Origin: Chloroflexi bacterium CSP1-4 | Lineage (GTDB): Bacteria > Chloroflexota > Limnocylindria > Limnocylindrales > CSP1-4 | Reading direction: 5' to 3' | Assembly (NCBI GenBank): GCA_001443375.1 | Contig: LDXM01000005.1 | Span: 13,388-77,387, forward strand | DNA length: 64,000 nt | Shown here: positions 8,030-17,077 of the stretch, piece by piece | Layout of the letters: each line of letters begins with the position of its first letter | Position numbering within the stretch: position 1 is the stretch's first letter | The notes under the pieces: generated by a model | What the model saw: the letters and a program-made list of their open reading frames with translations, nothing else | Told to the model about the DNA's origin: nothing | Database searches by the model: none | Translations under genes and position numbers: made by a program

Positions 8030-10755
8030 ACAGCATCGAGATCCAGACGCAGCCAGCCACGGCCAGCGGACCAGGCGACAGGAGGCGGATGATGGCGTCG
8101 CAAGCTGCGGGCCGCACGGGTCGGAGTCGGGCGGCCGCCCGGGGCGTGCTGATGAGCCTTGTCATCGCGGCATCGGGGCTGCTGGCCGGTGCGGCGTCTG
8201 CGGCGCCGGTGACGGTCGGCTACCGTGACTTCTCCTATGCCGGCACGACCGCCCCGACCGGCCAGAAGCCGCAGAGCAAGCTGTGGTTCAACGACGGCAT
8301 CTGGTGGGGCAACCTGTTCCACAGTGCCTCGAAGACGTACCACATCTACCGGCTCGACTGGGCGACCCAGACCTGGAGCGACACGGGTACGCGGGTGGAC
8401 ACGCGAGCGAAGGCCTGGAGTGACGCCAAGTGGGACGGCAGCCACCTGTACGTGGCCAGCGCCGTCTTCTCTGCCAGCCAGTCTGCCAGCGCCAAGGTCT
8501 GGCGCTTCTCCTACGACAGCGTCACCATGGCCTACTCGCTCGACAGCGGCTTCCCGGTCACCGTGTCGAGCGGCGGCGTCGAGGCCGTCGTCCTCGAGAC
8601 CGACACGGCCGGCGTGGCCTGGGTGACCTTCACCCAGGCCAACAAGGTCTGGGTGACGCACAGCGTCGGCGCCGCCCAGACGACCTGGGTCGCGCCCTAC
8701 GTCCTCCCGCTGCCCGGCGCGGACACGCTGACCTCTGACGACATCTCCTCGATCGTCGCCTTCGACGGCCAGATCGGCGTGATGTGGAGCAACCAGAACC
8801 CCAATGACTGGGCCATGTACTGGGCCACCCACGTCGACGGGGCCGGCGACAGCGCCGCCGACTGGGTCGCCAACACGGCCGTCAAGCAACCCGAGTACGC
8901 CGACGACCACCTCAACCTGAAGCAGCTCACCGCAGACGCCACCGGGCGGGTCTACGCCGTCACCAAGACCTCGCTCAACAACGGCGGGGCGCCGCTTACC
9001 CTGCTCCTGGTCCTCAAGCCGAACGGCACCTGGGAACGGCACACCATCGGCACGGTGGCCGACGACCACACGCGGGCGATCCTGCTCATCGACACCGACA
9101 ACCGGATGCTCTACGTCTTCGCGGCCTCGCCCTGCTGTTCGGGCGGCATCGTCTACATGAAGTCGACCAGCATCGACAACATCAACTTCCCGTCCGGCAA
9201 GGGCACGCCCTTCATCCAGAGTGCCACCGACACGACCATCAACAACCCCAGCTCGACGAAGCAGAACGTGAATGGCGCCTCCGGCCTGGTGGTCATCGCG
9301 GGCGACGATCACTCTCGCTACTACCTGCACAACGCCATCGATCTGGGGCCGCCGGACACGACCCCGCCGGACACGATCATCGACTCCGGGCCGTCGGGCA
9401 TCGTCAGCAGCACCTCGGCGACATTCACCTTCCACGCCACCGAAACGCCATCGACCTTCGGCTGCAAGGTCGACAACGGGCCGTTCTCGTCGTGCACGTC
9501 GCCGGCGACCTACACCAACCTCTCGACCGGGTCGCACACCTTCCGTGTGCGGGCGACCGATGCCTCCGGGAATACGGACGCGACCCCCGCGGCCCAGACG
9601 TGGACGATCGACACCTCGGTCCCGGACACGACCCCTCCGCAGGTGACCCTGACCGCTCCGGCCCAGGGCGCCCAGGTCGGGGGCACGGTCAACCTGACCG
9701 CGACGGCGTCCGATGACGTGGCCGTCGACCACGTCGACTTCCTCGTCGACGGGTCCCTGGTCGGCGCCGATGCCAGCCCGCCCTACGCCTTCGCTTGGGA
9801 TTCGACCGCCGCGCCCGAGGGCCCGGCGACGGTCACCGCCCGGGCCGTGGACAGCTCGCTCAACACGGCCTCCGACGCCCACGGCGTGACCGTCGACCAC
9901 ACCGCCCCGGACACGATCATCGATTCGGGCCCGAGCGGCACCGTGGCCAGCTCGAGCGCTTCGTTCACGTTCCACGCCACGGAGACCGGTTCGTCCTTGG
10001 CCTGCAGCCTCGACGGCGCTCCGACCTCGGCCTGCACGTCGCCCAAGACATACACCGGCCTGGCCAACGGCGACCACAGCTTCACCGTCGTCGCCACCGA
10101 TCCGGCCGGCAACCAGGATCCATCCGCCGCCAGCTGGAGCTGGACCGTCGACACGACCGGGGCGCCGCTCTTCAGCGACGGCTTCGAGAGCGGCGACTTC
10201 AGCGTAGGCGGCTGGACCGTCGTGACCGGGGGCGACGGCACGGCCGTGGTCCAGGGTGCGACCGTCAAGACCGGGACGTACGCGGCCCGCCTGGCGGAGA
10301 CGGCCAGCACCGGCTCGGTCGCCTATGCCCGCAAGAACCTGGGCGCCAGCTACGCCGACCTCAGCGCGGCGGCCGACATCCAGGTCCAGCTCGAGGGAGC
10401 GAGCGGCGCCAACGTGCCCATCTTCCGGCTCTACGACGCCTCGTCGGTGCGCCTGTTGACGATCTACCGGCAGAACGCGACCAACGGCCAGATCTGGGCC
10501 TCCGACGGCACGAACCGCTTCCAGTCGACGGGCCTGCTGCCACTCAACGCCTGGGGCCGCTTCAAGGTGCATGTCATCACCGCCGGCTCGGGCGCCAGCA
10601 CCGTGGAGCTGTGGCTCGATGGGTCGAAGGTGCTGACGGCCACCACCGCCAACCTGGGGACGTCGGGTGTCCGGTCGGTCCAGATCGGCAACGACACGTC
10701 GAAGCAGACCTTCGCGCTGGTCGCGGACGACGTCCTGGTGACGCAGGGGCCCTGA
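8026..10755 (+). CDS. Large secreted protein: beta-propeller-like N domain, three Ig-like domains, ConA/LamG-like C domain
   Basis: ORF 8026..10755. Signal/anchor LMSLVIAASGLLAGAASAAP. Shares conserved blocks with the upstream paralog (QKPQSKLWFNDGIWWGNLF, PCCSGG, INNPSSTKQN, LFSDGFESGDFS...IGNDTSKQTF). GTGA overlap with the upstream stop. Confidence 0.85.
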   Translation: MNSIEIQTQPATASGPGDRRRMMASQAAGRTGRSRAAARGVLMSLVIAASGLLAGAASAAPVTVGYRDFSYAGTTAPTGQKPQSKLWFNDGIWWGNLFHSASKTYHIYRLDWATQTWSDTGTRVDTRAKAWSDAKWDGSHLYVASAVFSASQSASAKVWRFSYDSVTMAYSLDSGFPVTVSSGGVEAVVLETDTAGVAWVTFTQANKVWVTHSVGAAQTTWVAPYVLPLPGADTLTSDDISSIVAFDGQIGVMWSNQNPNDWAMYWATHVDGAGDSAADWVANTAVKQPEYADDHLNLKQLTADATGRVYAVTKTSLNNGGAPLTLLLVLKPNGTWERHTIGTVADDHTRAILLIDTDNRMLYVFAASPCCSGGIVYMKSTSIDNINFPSGKGTPFIQSATDTTINNPSSTKQNVNGASGLVVIAGDDHSRYYLHNAIDLGPPDTTPPDTIIDSGPSGIVSSTSATFTFHATETPSTFGCKVDNGPFSSCTSPATYTNLSTGSHTFRVRATDASGNTDATPAAQTWTIDTSVPDTTPPQVTLTAPAQGAQVGGTVNLTATASDDVAVDHVDFLVDGSLVGADASPPYAFAWDSTAAPEGPATVTARAVDSSLNTASDAHGVTVDHTAPDTIIDSGPSGTVASSSASFTFHATETGSSLACSLDGAPTSACTSPKTYTGLANGDHSFTVVATDPAGNQDPSAASWSWTVDTTGAPLFSDGFESGDFSVGGWTVVTGGDGTAVVQGATVKTGTYAARLAETASTGSVAYARKNLGASYADLSAAADIQVQLEGASGANVPIFRLYDASSVRLLTIYRQNATNGQIWASDGTNRFQSTGLLPLNAWGRFKVHVITAGSGASTVELWLDGSKVLTATTANLGTSGVRSVQIGNDTSKQTFALVADDVLVTQGP
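9367..9615 (+). repeat. Intragenic repeat unit 1 (83 aa Ig-like module)
   Basis: PDTIIDSGPSGIVSSTSATFTFHATET...CTSPATYTNL..GSHTFRVRATDASGNTD. The DNA start CCGGACACGATCATCGA is identical to unit 2, which lies 540 nt downstream. Confidence 0.8.
9907..10155 (+). repeat. Intragenic repeat unit 2 (83 aa Ig-like module)
   Basis: PDTIIDSGPSGTVASSSASFTFHATET...CTSPKTYTGL..GDHSFTVVATDPAGNQD. Collinear with unit 1. Confidence 0.8.
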
Positions 10756-10920
10756 CAGACCGCACCCAAGCCGACCAGGCGTCGGCGCTCGCCAGCGGAG
10801 GACGAAGGACTGATCTCGCGAGAGGATGCCGCCACGGCGGCCGAGGACGCCTGGCTGCTGCGGCGCTGGCGCCTCCGCGCGCCCGACGACGACCTCCTGG
10901 GCTGGCTTGGGCTGGCCCTC

Positions 10921-12651
10921 ATGGCCGGCGCTGGCGCCATCGTCTGGTTCGGCCTCATCGGGCGCGTCGACCTCGCCGCCGTCAACGACCTCGGCCTGGT
11001 GTCCGTCCTGCCGCCGCTGATGTACGTCGGGATGGCACTCGTCGCCATCGCCTACGGCGCGATGCTCGCCCGAGCCGACTTCCCGACCTGGCTGGCGGTC
11101 GGGCTGGTCGTCCTGACCATCGCCATGCTCTACGGCCTCGCGCCGGCGATCGAGGGCGAGCTGCGCTTCTCGCCCGCCTGGCGCCACCTCGGCCTGGTCG
11201 AGTTCATGAGCCGCAACGGCGCCGTCCAACCGTCGCTCGACGCCTACCACAACTGGCCCGGGCTCTTCGGCCTGGCCGCGTTCCTGACGTCGGTGACCGG
11301 TGTCAGCGACCTGAACGGCCTGGCCATGTGGGCGCCGGTCTGGTTCAACCTCGCCTTCCTGGCGCCACTCGCTCTGGTCCTCTCGGCGCTGACCGATGAC
11401 CGGCGCATCCTCTGGCTCGCGATCTGGCTGTTCTACCTGACCGACTGGATCGGCCAGGACTACTTCGCCCCGCAGGCGCTCGGCTTCCTGCTCTTCCTGG
11501 TCGTCGTGGCGATGCTGCTGCGCTGGCTGGGACATGGGGAGCTGGCCGAACCTTCCGGGGCGGTGGAGGAGGGTCGCCTCTACCGGCTGCGGCAGGTGCT
11601 CGCGCTCATCCTGGACGCCGGGCCGATGCGCGCCGCGGCATTGTCGCCCCGCCGCCGAGCGGCGCTGATGGCCGCCCTGCTGGTCATCTACGTCTTCGTC
11701 GTCGGCACCCACCAGCTGACGCCCTTCTTCCTGGCGGCCGTGACGCTCGCCCTGGTCCTCCTGCGGCGGGTCCCGTGGGCCACCCTGCCGGTGCTGATGG
11801 CCATGACCATCGCGGCCTGGGTGGCCTTCCTCGCGGTGGCCTTCCTCATCGGGCACTTCCAGAACGTGGCCGGATACGTGGGCACGCTGGCAGAGTCGCT
11901 GGCGGCCAACCTGACCAGTCGCCTGCAGGGCAGCCCCGACCACGTCACGGTCATCTATGTGCGCATCGCAAGCACGCTCTTCATGTGGGGCCTGGCCGTC
12001 GTGGGCGTGATCCGCCGGCTGCTGCAGGGCCGCTGGGACGTGACCGCCTTGGTGCTTGCGCTGGCTCCCTTCCCGCTCTTCCTGGTGCAGGCGTACGGCG
12101 GCGAGATGCTGCTGCGCATCTACCTCTTCGCCCTGCCCTTCGTGGCCTTCTTCGTCGCCTGCGCCGTCCTGCCGCGCTCGGGCGACGACGACAGCCCGTC
12201 ACTGGCCACGGTCGGCATCGTCAGCGTCCTGGGCATCGCCCTGATGGGCGGGCTGATGGTCACCCGCTACGGCAATGAGCGGCTCGAGCACTTCTCCTCC
12301 GACGAGGTGGCCGCGGTGGCCGAGCTGTACCGCGTGGCGCCGCCGGGCTCGCTGCTCGTGGCGCTGACGCCCAACCTGCCCTGGAAGTCCGTGAACTACG
12401 AGCAGTACCGGTATCGTCCCTCGGGCGACGACTCGACGTTCGGCGATCTCGAGCGGGTGCTGAGCGACATGAGCCTGCACGACGGCGACGTCTTCCTCAT
12501 CCTGTCGCGCAGCCAGCAGGCATACGCGGAGATGATCCTGGGCGCCAGGCCGGGGGCGTGGGAGGCGTTCCGCCGTGCCCTGCTCGGCAGCGGCAAGTTC
12601 CGCCTCGTGTACCTGAATCCCGACGCCGTGATCGCCCGCTTCACTGAGTGA
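10921..12651 (+). CDS. Large polytopic membrane protein with a soluble C-terminal domain (GT-C-like glycosyltransferase or glycan polymerase candidate)
   Basis: ORF 10921..12651. More than 10 hydrophobic helices, then a roughly 130-aa soluble tail. Sits between secreted glycan-type proteins and a GT2. The family is not recognised by eye, and the start may differ. Confidence 0.7.
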   Translation: MAGAGAIVWFGLIGRVDLAAVNDLGLVSVLPPLMYVGMALVAIAYGAMLARADFPTWLAVGLVVLTIAMLYGLAPAIEGELRFSPAWRHLGLVEFMSRNGAVQPSLDAYHNWPGLFGLAAFLTSVTGVSDLNGLAMWAPVWFNLAFLAPLALVLSALTDDRRILWLAIWLFYLTDWIGQDYFAPQALGFLLFLVVVAMLLRWLGHGELAEPSGAVEEGRLYRLRQVLALILDAGPMRAAALSPRRRAALMAALLVIYVFVVGTHQLTPFFLAAVTLALVLLRRVPWATLPVLMAMTIAAWVAFLAVAFLIGHFQNVAGYVGTLAESLAANLTSRLQGSPDHVTVIYVRIASTLFMWGLAVVGVIRRLLQGRWDVTALVLALAPFPLFLVQAYGGEMLLRIYLFALPFVAFFVACAVLPRSGDDDSPSLATVGIVSVLGIALMGGLMVTRYGNERLEHFSSDEVAAVAELYRVAPPGSLLVALTPNLPWKSVNYEQYRYRPSGDDSTFGDLERVLSDMSLHDGDVFLILSRSQQAYAEMILGARPGAWEAFRRALLGSGKFRLVYLNPDAVIARFTE

Positions 12652-13520
12652 GGACCCGACGCCCGATGATCGACCCGCGCCCGACGACGGCGGGTACGCG
12701 CGCCACCCTGCTGCCGACGCTGTCCGTCGTGGTCCCCGCGCGCGATGCGGAGGCGATCGTCGAGGCGTGCCTGCAGTCGGTGGTGCGGCAGGGACCGGCC
12801 GCCGTCATCCTCGTGGACGGGCGCTCCACGGATGGCACGGTCGAGATCGCCCGCCGCTACGCCGACGTGATCGTGAGCGACGAGGGCCGCGGGCTGCCCG
12901 CGGCCCGATCGATCGGCGCGCGCACCGCGACGACGCCGCTCGTCGCCCTGGTGGATGCCGACGTGATCCTGCCCGACGGGTCGCTGGCCGCCCTGCTGGC
13001 CGAGTTCGAGCGCGACGGCTACACGGCACTCCAGGCGGGCCTGCTCAGCGAGTCCGGTCCCGGCTACTGGGGACAGGCGCTCGCCGCGCACCATCGGACC
13101 GGTCGCAGCCGGTACTGGTTCGGGCTGGTGGCGACGATCTTCGACCGCGAGGTCCTGCTCCAGCACGGCTTCGACGCGTCCTTCGAGTCGGGCGAGGACA
13201 TCGAGCTGCGCTGGCGCCTTGCCCAGTCCGGCGCCAAGGCCGGCGTCTCGCGCCAGGTGATCGTGCGGCATCGCTTCGGCGACACGTTCGCCTTCGCTCG
13301 TGGCCAGTTCCGTGCCGACGGGCGCGGCCTGGCGCGGATGGTGCGCAAGCATGGCTGGCGAGGGGTCCGGCTGCTGCTCCTGCCGGCCGCCGCCGGCGCC
13401 CGCGGCATCCTGCTCTCGCTGGTGCGCCGGCAGCCGCGCTGGATCCCGTACTACTGCGCGTTCAGCGTCCTCAACTACACGGCCATGCTGGGCGAGCTCG
13501 TCCGGCGCCCGCGGGGCTGA
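12648..13520 (+). CDS. Family 2 glycosyltransferase
   Basis: ORF 12648..13520. LSVVVPARDAE...VILVDGRSTDGT...LVDADV (DxD). GTGA overlap with the upstream stop. Confidence 0.85.
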   Translation: MRTRRPMIDPRPTTAGTRATLLPTLSVVVPARDAEAIVEACLQSVVRQGPAAVILVDGRSTDGTVEIARRYADVIVSDEGRGLPAARSIGARTATTPLVALVDADVILPDGSLAALLAEFERDGYTALQAGLLSESGPGYWGQALAAHHRTGRSRYWFGLVATIFDREVLLQHGFDASFESGEDIELRWRLAQSGAKAGVSRQVIVRHRFGDTFAFARGQFRADGRGLARMVRKHGWRGVRLLLLPAAAGARGILLSLVRRQPRWIPYYCAFSVLNYTAMLGELVRRPRG

Positions 13521-13525
13521 GCCCG

Positions 13526-14830
13526 ATGGCCCTGCTGGCGCGCCTGCGCGGGCGCGTCCACCTCGACGCGTCGGCCGACCGGACGGCACGAGCGGTCCTC
13601 GTCAGCTCGGTCTCGCTCGTCGCGGGCAAGGTCGCCGTGATGGGCTTCGGGTTCCTGTCGTGGGTCGTTGCGGCGCGCCTCTACCCGGTGGCCGAGTTCG
13701 GCCTGGCGGCGGGCGCCGTGGCCGCGGTGACGCTGTGCGCCCAGCTCGCGTTGCTGGGGGTCGGATCCGCCATCATCACCCTCCTGCCCGTCCATGAGGG
13801 GCGGCCGGGGCGCCTGCTCGACGGCGCCATCACGCTGCTCGCCGCTTCCAGCGCCCTGGCCGGGCTCGGGTTCCTGCTCTTCGCCGGGACTGCCCTGGAG
13901 GAACTGAGCGTCGTTGCCGCGCAGCCCGTCTACGCGCTGCTCTTCCTGCTCCTGGCCGTCTCCGGCACGCTCGGCGTGCTCTTCGATCAGGCGTCGACCG
14001 CCCGCCGCCAGGGCGTGCTGGTGATGTCCCGCGGTGTCGCAGCCGGCCTCTGCACGCTGGTCGCCGTGGCCGCCATCGGCCTCGCCGGGACGGCCACCAC
14101 GTCGCTGGCCATCTTCGCTGCCTGGGTGGCCGGCGGCCTGGTGACCGCCATCGGCGGCCTGTGGACGATGCGCCGGGTCGCCGACGGCTATCGCTATCGT
14201 CCCGTCGCCGACCGGGCCCTGAGCGCCGCGCTGATCCGCGTCGGGCTGCCCAACTACGCCCTGACGCTGGCCGAGCGGGCGCCCGGCTTCGTCCTTCCGG
14301 TGATCGTCGTCGAGCTCCTCTCGCCGGCCGCCAACGCCGCCTGGTATGCGGCCTGGATGATGGCCTGGGTCGTCTTCATCATCCCCATCCAGGTGGGTAT
14401 GACCTCCTTCGCCGAGATCGCGCGCGCGCCCGAACGGACCGCCCGCATCGTCCGCAACGGCATCCGGACGTCGCTCGGCCTGGGTGCCGTCGCGGCCACC
14501 GGGCTGGCGGTCCTGGCCGGGCCCATCCTGGGCCTGCTGGGCGAGGCCTACGCGGCGACCGCCGAGGCCCCCCTGCGCATCCTCGTCATCGGCTTCGTGC
14601 CCGTCACCTTCATCCTCGCCTACTTCTCGCTCTGCCGGGCCCGGCGACGCCTGCGCGAGGCCATCGTGCTGGGTGCGGTCGATGCCGCGGCGTCGATCCT
14701 GCTGCCGGCTGCGGTCGCCCAGGAGACCGGCCTGGTCGGCATGGCGATCGCCTGGCTGGCCGTGCAGGTCGTGGTCGCCCTCGTCGCCCTGGTCCGCCTG
14801 CGCCGCCTGACTCGCCTCCCTGCCGACTGA
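13526..14830 (+). CDS. Oligosaccharide/polysaccharide flippase (MOP superfamily, Wzx-like)
   Basis: Real part of ORF 12767..14830, from the ATG at 13526 (MALLARLRGRV...). About 12 hydrophobic helices. The pattern RVGLPNYALTLAERAPGFVLPVIV is typical of PST-family flippases. Confidence 0.8.
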   Translation: MALLARLRGRVHLDASADRTARAVLVSSVSLVAGKVAVMGFGFLSWVVAARLYPVAEFGLAAGAVAAVTLCAQLALLGVGSAIITLLPVHEGRPGRLLDGAITLLAASSALAGLGFLLFAGTALEELSVVAAQPVYALLFLLLAVSGTLGVLFDQASTARRQGVLVMSRGVAAGLCTLVAVAAIGLAGTATTSLAIFAAWVAGGLVTAIGGLWTMRRVADGYRYRPVADRALSAALIRVGLPNYALTLAERAPGFVLPVIVVELLSPAANAAWYAAWMMAWVVFIIPIQVGMTSFAEIARAPERTARIVRNGIRTSLGLGAVAATGLAVLAGPILGLLGEAYAATAEAPLRILVIGFVPVTFILAYFSLCRARRRLREAIVLGAVDAAASILLPAAVAQETGLVGMAIAWLAVQVVVALVALVRLRRLTRLPAD

Positions 14831-14839
14831 GGTCGGGCG

Positions 14840-15943
14840 TCAGTCCAGGAACGGCGCGGCGGTGCCGGCCACCGCATCCCACGCGAGGAGGAAGGGCACC
14901 GGTCGTCCTTCGGGCTCGACGCTGATCTGGATGAAGGGCCGGCGCGTCGGTCCCAGCCGCTGGCGGAGGGCCTCGGGCCGCACGCGGGCCCACGACCCGG
15001 CATTGGCGTACCAGGTCCGCCCGTCTTCCCGGTCGAACGGGGTCAGCGCCGGTCGGTGCGTGTGGCCGAAGGCGAGGACGGGAACGTCGATGCCTGCGGC
15101 GCGCAGGGCCTGGTCGATGTGCCGGACGGCGGGCCCCAGGTACCCGGCGCCCTCGACGGCGCCGGCCGGGGCGATGCCCAGCGCCTGGCGAGCGAGCCGC
15201 TGCGCGATGCGCAGCCCGCTCACATCCGAGAGGCGATCGATGGCCGTCAGGGCCGCCGCCGGCAGGCCGACCTGGCCGGCGTACGCGGGCAGGACGTCGC
15301 GGCGGTAGGCGGCGCGCGCGCCTTGGAAGCGGCCCCGGCCGGCCAGCCGGCGCACCGCCGCCCGAGCGAACGGCAGGCCGGCCTCGCGCCGCGCTGCCAG
15401 CGGGACGGCATCCGAGCTCGGGTCGGGGTCGGGCCGGAGCGCGAGCGGGAAGGCGTTGAGGTCGTGGTACTGGTGCCCGTGCTCGGCATAGACGACACCG
15501 GGCAGGTACCGGATCCAGGGCTCGATCGATGGCTCCGCAGCGCCCACGCCGATCCTGGCCAGGAGGCGCTCGCGGACGGCCGGCGTCGGCAGTGCGGCGT
15601 CGTGGTTGCCGGTCACGAGGTCGACCGCGACACCCGCCGTGAGCAACGCTCGGAGCGCGTCGGGGAAGCCAGGATGGGCATCGAGGATGCGGTCCATGAC
15701 GCTGGCCGAGAGCGCCTCCCAGCGGGCGCGCGGGTCACCGGCACCCGCGGGTGCGACGAGCGGCAGGTCGAAGGTGTCGCCGAGGAGGATGACCCGCCGT
15801 CCGCTTGACGTCCCTCCGTCCGCCCCGGCCAGCCACGAGGCGAAGCTCGAGAACGCGGCGTCCGCCGTTTCGTCGGGCAGCCTGTCGGCCGTGGCCGCCA
15901 GATGGAGGTCGCCGATGATGACGATGTCAGGGCGCCCGTTCAT
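14840..15943 (-). CDS. Calcineurin-like metallophosphoesterase (cytoplasmic)
   Basis: Real part of ORF 14840..16471, from MNGRPDIVIIGDLHL. Motifs GDLHL, LLGDTFDL, GNHD, EHGHQYH, GHTH. Confidence 0.8.
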   Translation of the reverse strand: MNGRPDIVIIGDLHLAATADRLPDETADAAFSSFASWLAGADGGTSSGRRVILLGDTFDLPLVAPAGAGDPRARWEALSASVMDRILDAHPGFPDALRALLTAGVAVDLVTGNHDAALPTPAVRERLLARIGVGAAEPSIEPWIRYLPGVVYAEHGHQYHDLNAFPLALRPDPDPSSDAVPLAARREAGLPFARAAVRRLAGRGRFQGARAAYRRDVLPAYAGQVGLPAAALTAIDRLSDVSGLRIAQRLARQALGIAPAGAVEGAGYLGPAVRHIDQALRAAGIDVPVLAFGHTHRPALTPFDREDGRTWYANAGSWARVRPEALRQRLGPTRRPFIQISVEPEGRPVPFLLAWDAVAGTAAPFLD

Positions 15944-16971
15944 GGAACCCCGGGGCCAGCCGCGGCGGGCCTCGGCGGGATCGGTGTACAGGTGCCCGAT
16001 CCGGCGTCGGTCGCGGTAGAGCCCTCCACCGGCAAGAAGGTCCAGGCGTAGCCGTCGGAGCGCAGCTCGAGCGACAGGAGGCCGTAGACGCGGGCGATGT
16101 GGGCCTCGCTGGTGGGCAGCAGCGAGCCCATCGTCCGCAGGCCGCTGCCGCCGGTGCCGACCACGAACTGGCGGATGCCCGCGGGTGTCGCCCGGCCGCG
16201 GTGGTCCTGCGGCGCGAAGCGCTCGTAGTCGTGGTCGTGGCCGGAGAGCACGACGTCGGCGCCAGCGGCCTCCAGGGCCTGCCAGAGCGCGTCGGTGCGC
16301 TCGTCGCTGCCGTGCAGGACGCCGGAGCTGAAGCGCGCGTGGTGCCAGTAGGCGAGGATGCAGGCCGCCGGATGGGCGGCCAGGTCGCCGCGTAGCCACG
16401 TCTCCTGCGGGTCGCCGACCCCGCATCCGCCGATCTCGTCGCAGTTGCTGTTCAGCGCGTACACGCGCCACGCCCCGAGGTCGTAGGCGTAGTAGCCCTC
16501 GGCGGGGTCGCCGGCGGCCGCCCCGAAGTAGGCGAAGTAGGGGGCGGCACCCGGGGTCTTGTACTCGTGGTTGCCGGGCACCGGCCGCATGCGATCCCGG
16601 AACGGTCCCCAGCTCGGGCCGAAGCAGGCCGCGAACTCCTGCGCGGTGCCCGATTCGTAGGCCAGGTCGCCCAGCGGCAGGATCGTGCCCTCGTGCTCGG
16701 CCAGGAGGCGCGCCGTGCGCTCATCGCCCTTGCCCCCGCATTCGCCGATGTCGCCGGCGGCCAGGACGGAAACGGGCGGCGCGGCCGGAGGCGCCGACGA
16801 GGGCGTGGCCACTGCCGGCCCGGCGCTGTTGGAAGGCTCGACGACCGAGGCCGCGGGCGTCGCCGGTGCCGGTGCCAGGCCGCAGCCCGCGACCGCGCCG
16901 ACGAGCACGAGCACCCAGGCGCCGGCTGGCCATCGGGCGCGACGTGGGAGGCGGCGTGGGCTAGCGGACAC
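15940..16971 (-). CDS. Lipoprotein metallophosphoesterase (secreted, purple-acid-phosphatase-like core)
   Basis: ORF 15940..16971. Lipobox LVGAVAGC, a Pro/Ala linker, then GDIGEC, GDLAYE, GNHEY, SGHDHDYER. 4-nt overlap with the downstream gene. Confidence 0.85.
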   Translation of the reverse strand: MSASPRRLPRRARWPAGAWVLVLVGAVAGCGLAPAPATPAASVVEPSNSAGPAVATPSSAPPAAPPVSVLAAGDIGECGGKGDERTARLLAEHEGTILPLGDLAYESGTAQEFAACFGPSWGPFRDRMRPVPGNHEYKTPGAAPYFAYFGAAAGDPAEGYYAYDLGAWRVYALNSNCDEIGGCGVGDPQETWLRGDLAAHPAACILAYWHHARFSSGVLHGSDERTDALWQALEAAGADVVLSGHDHDYERFAPQDHRGRATPAGIRQFVVGTGGSGLRTMGSLLPTSEAHIARVYGLLSLELRSDGYAWTFLPVEGSTATDAGSGTCTPIPPRPAAAGPGVP

Positions 16972-17003
16972 CGTCGGCGCGAGCTCCTGTGGCGAGGCGG
17001 GCG

Positions 17004-17030
17004 ATGGGCGACCCGATGGGGGTCGCCCAT
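17004..17030. promoter_or_regulatory. Perfect 11-bp inverted repeat (ATGGGCGACCC-gatgg-GGGTCGCCCAT) in a divergent promoter region
   Basis: Read directly. The arms are 17004-17014 and 17020-17030. It lies 33 nt from the ATG at 16971 (minus strand) and 48 nt from the ATG at 17078 (plus strand). Confidence 0.4.
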
Positions 17031-17077
17031 CCTACCGCGTACGCCTACACGTCTCGGAACGGGTAGATTCGGCGGCC

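Noticed and set aside
7915-11943. 1342-aa ORF on the minus strand, the longest in the track
   Set aside because: It is antisense to two coherent plus-strand genes. The translation is Arg/Gly/Asp/His-rich low-complexity sequence with no motifs. This is a typical high-GC antisense artefact.
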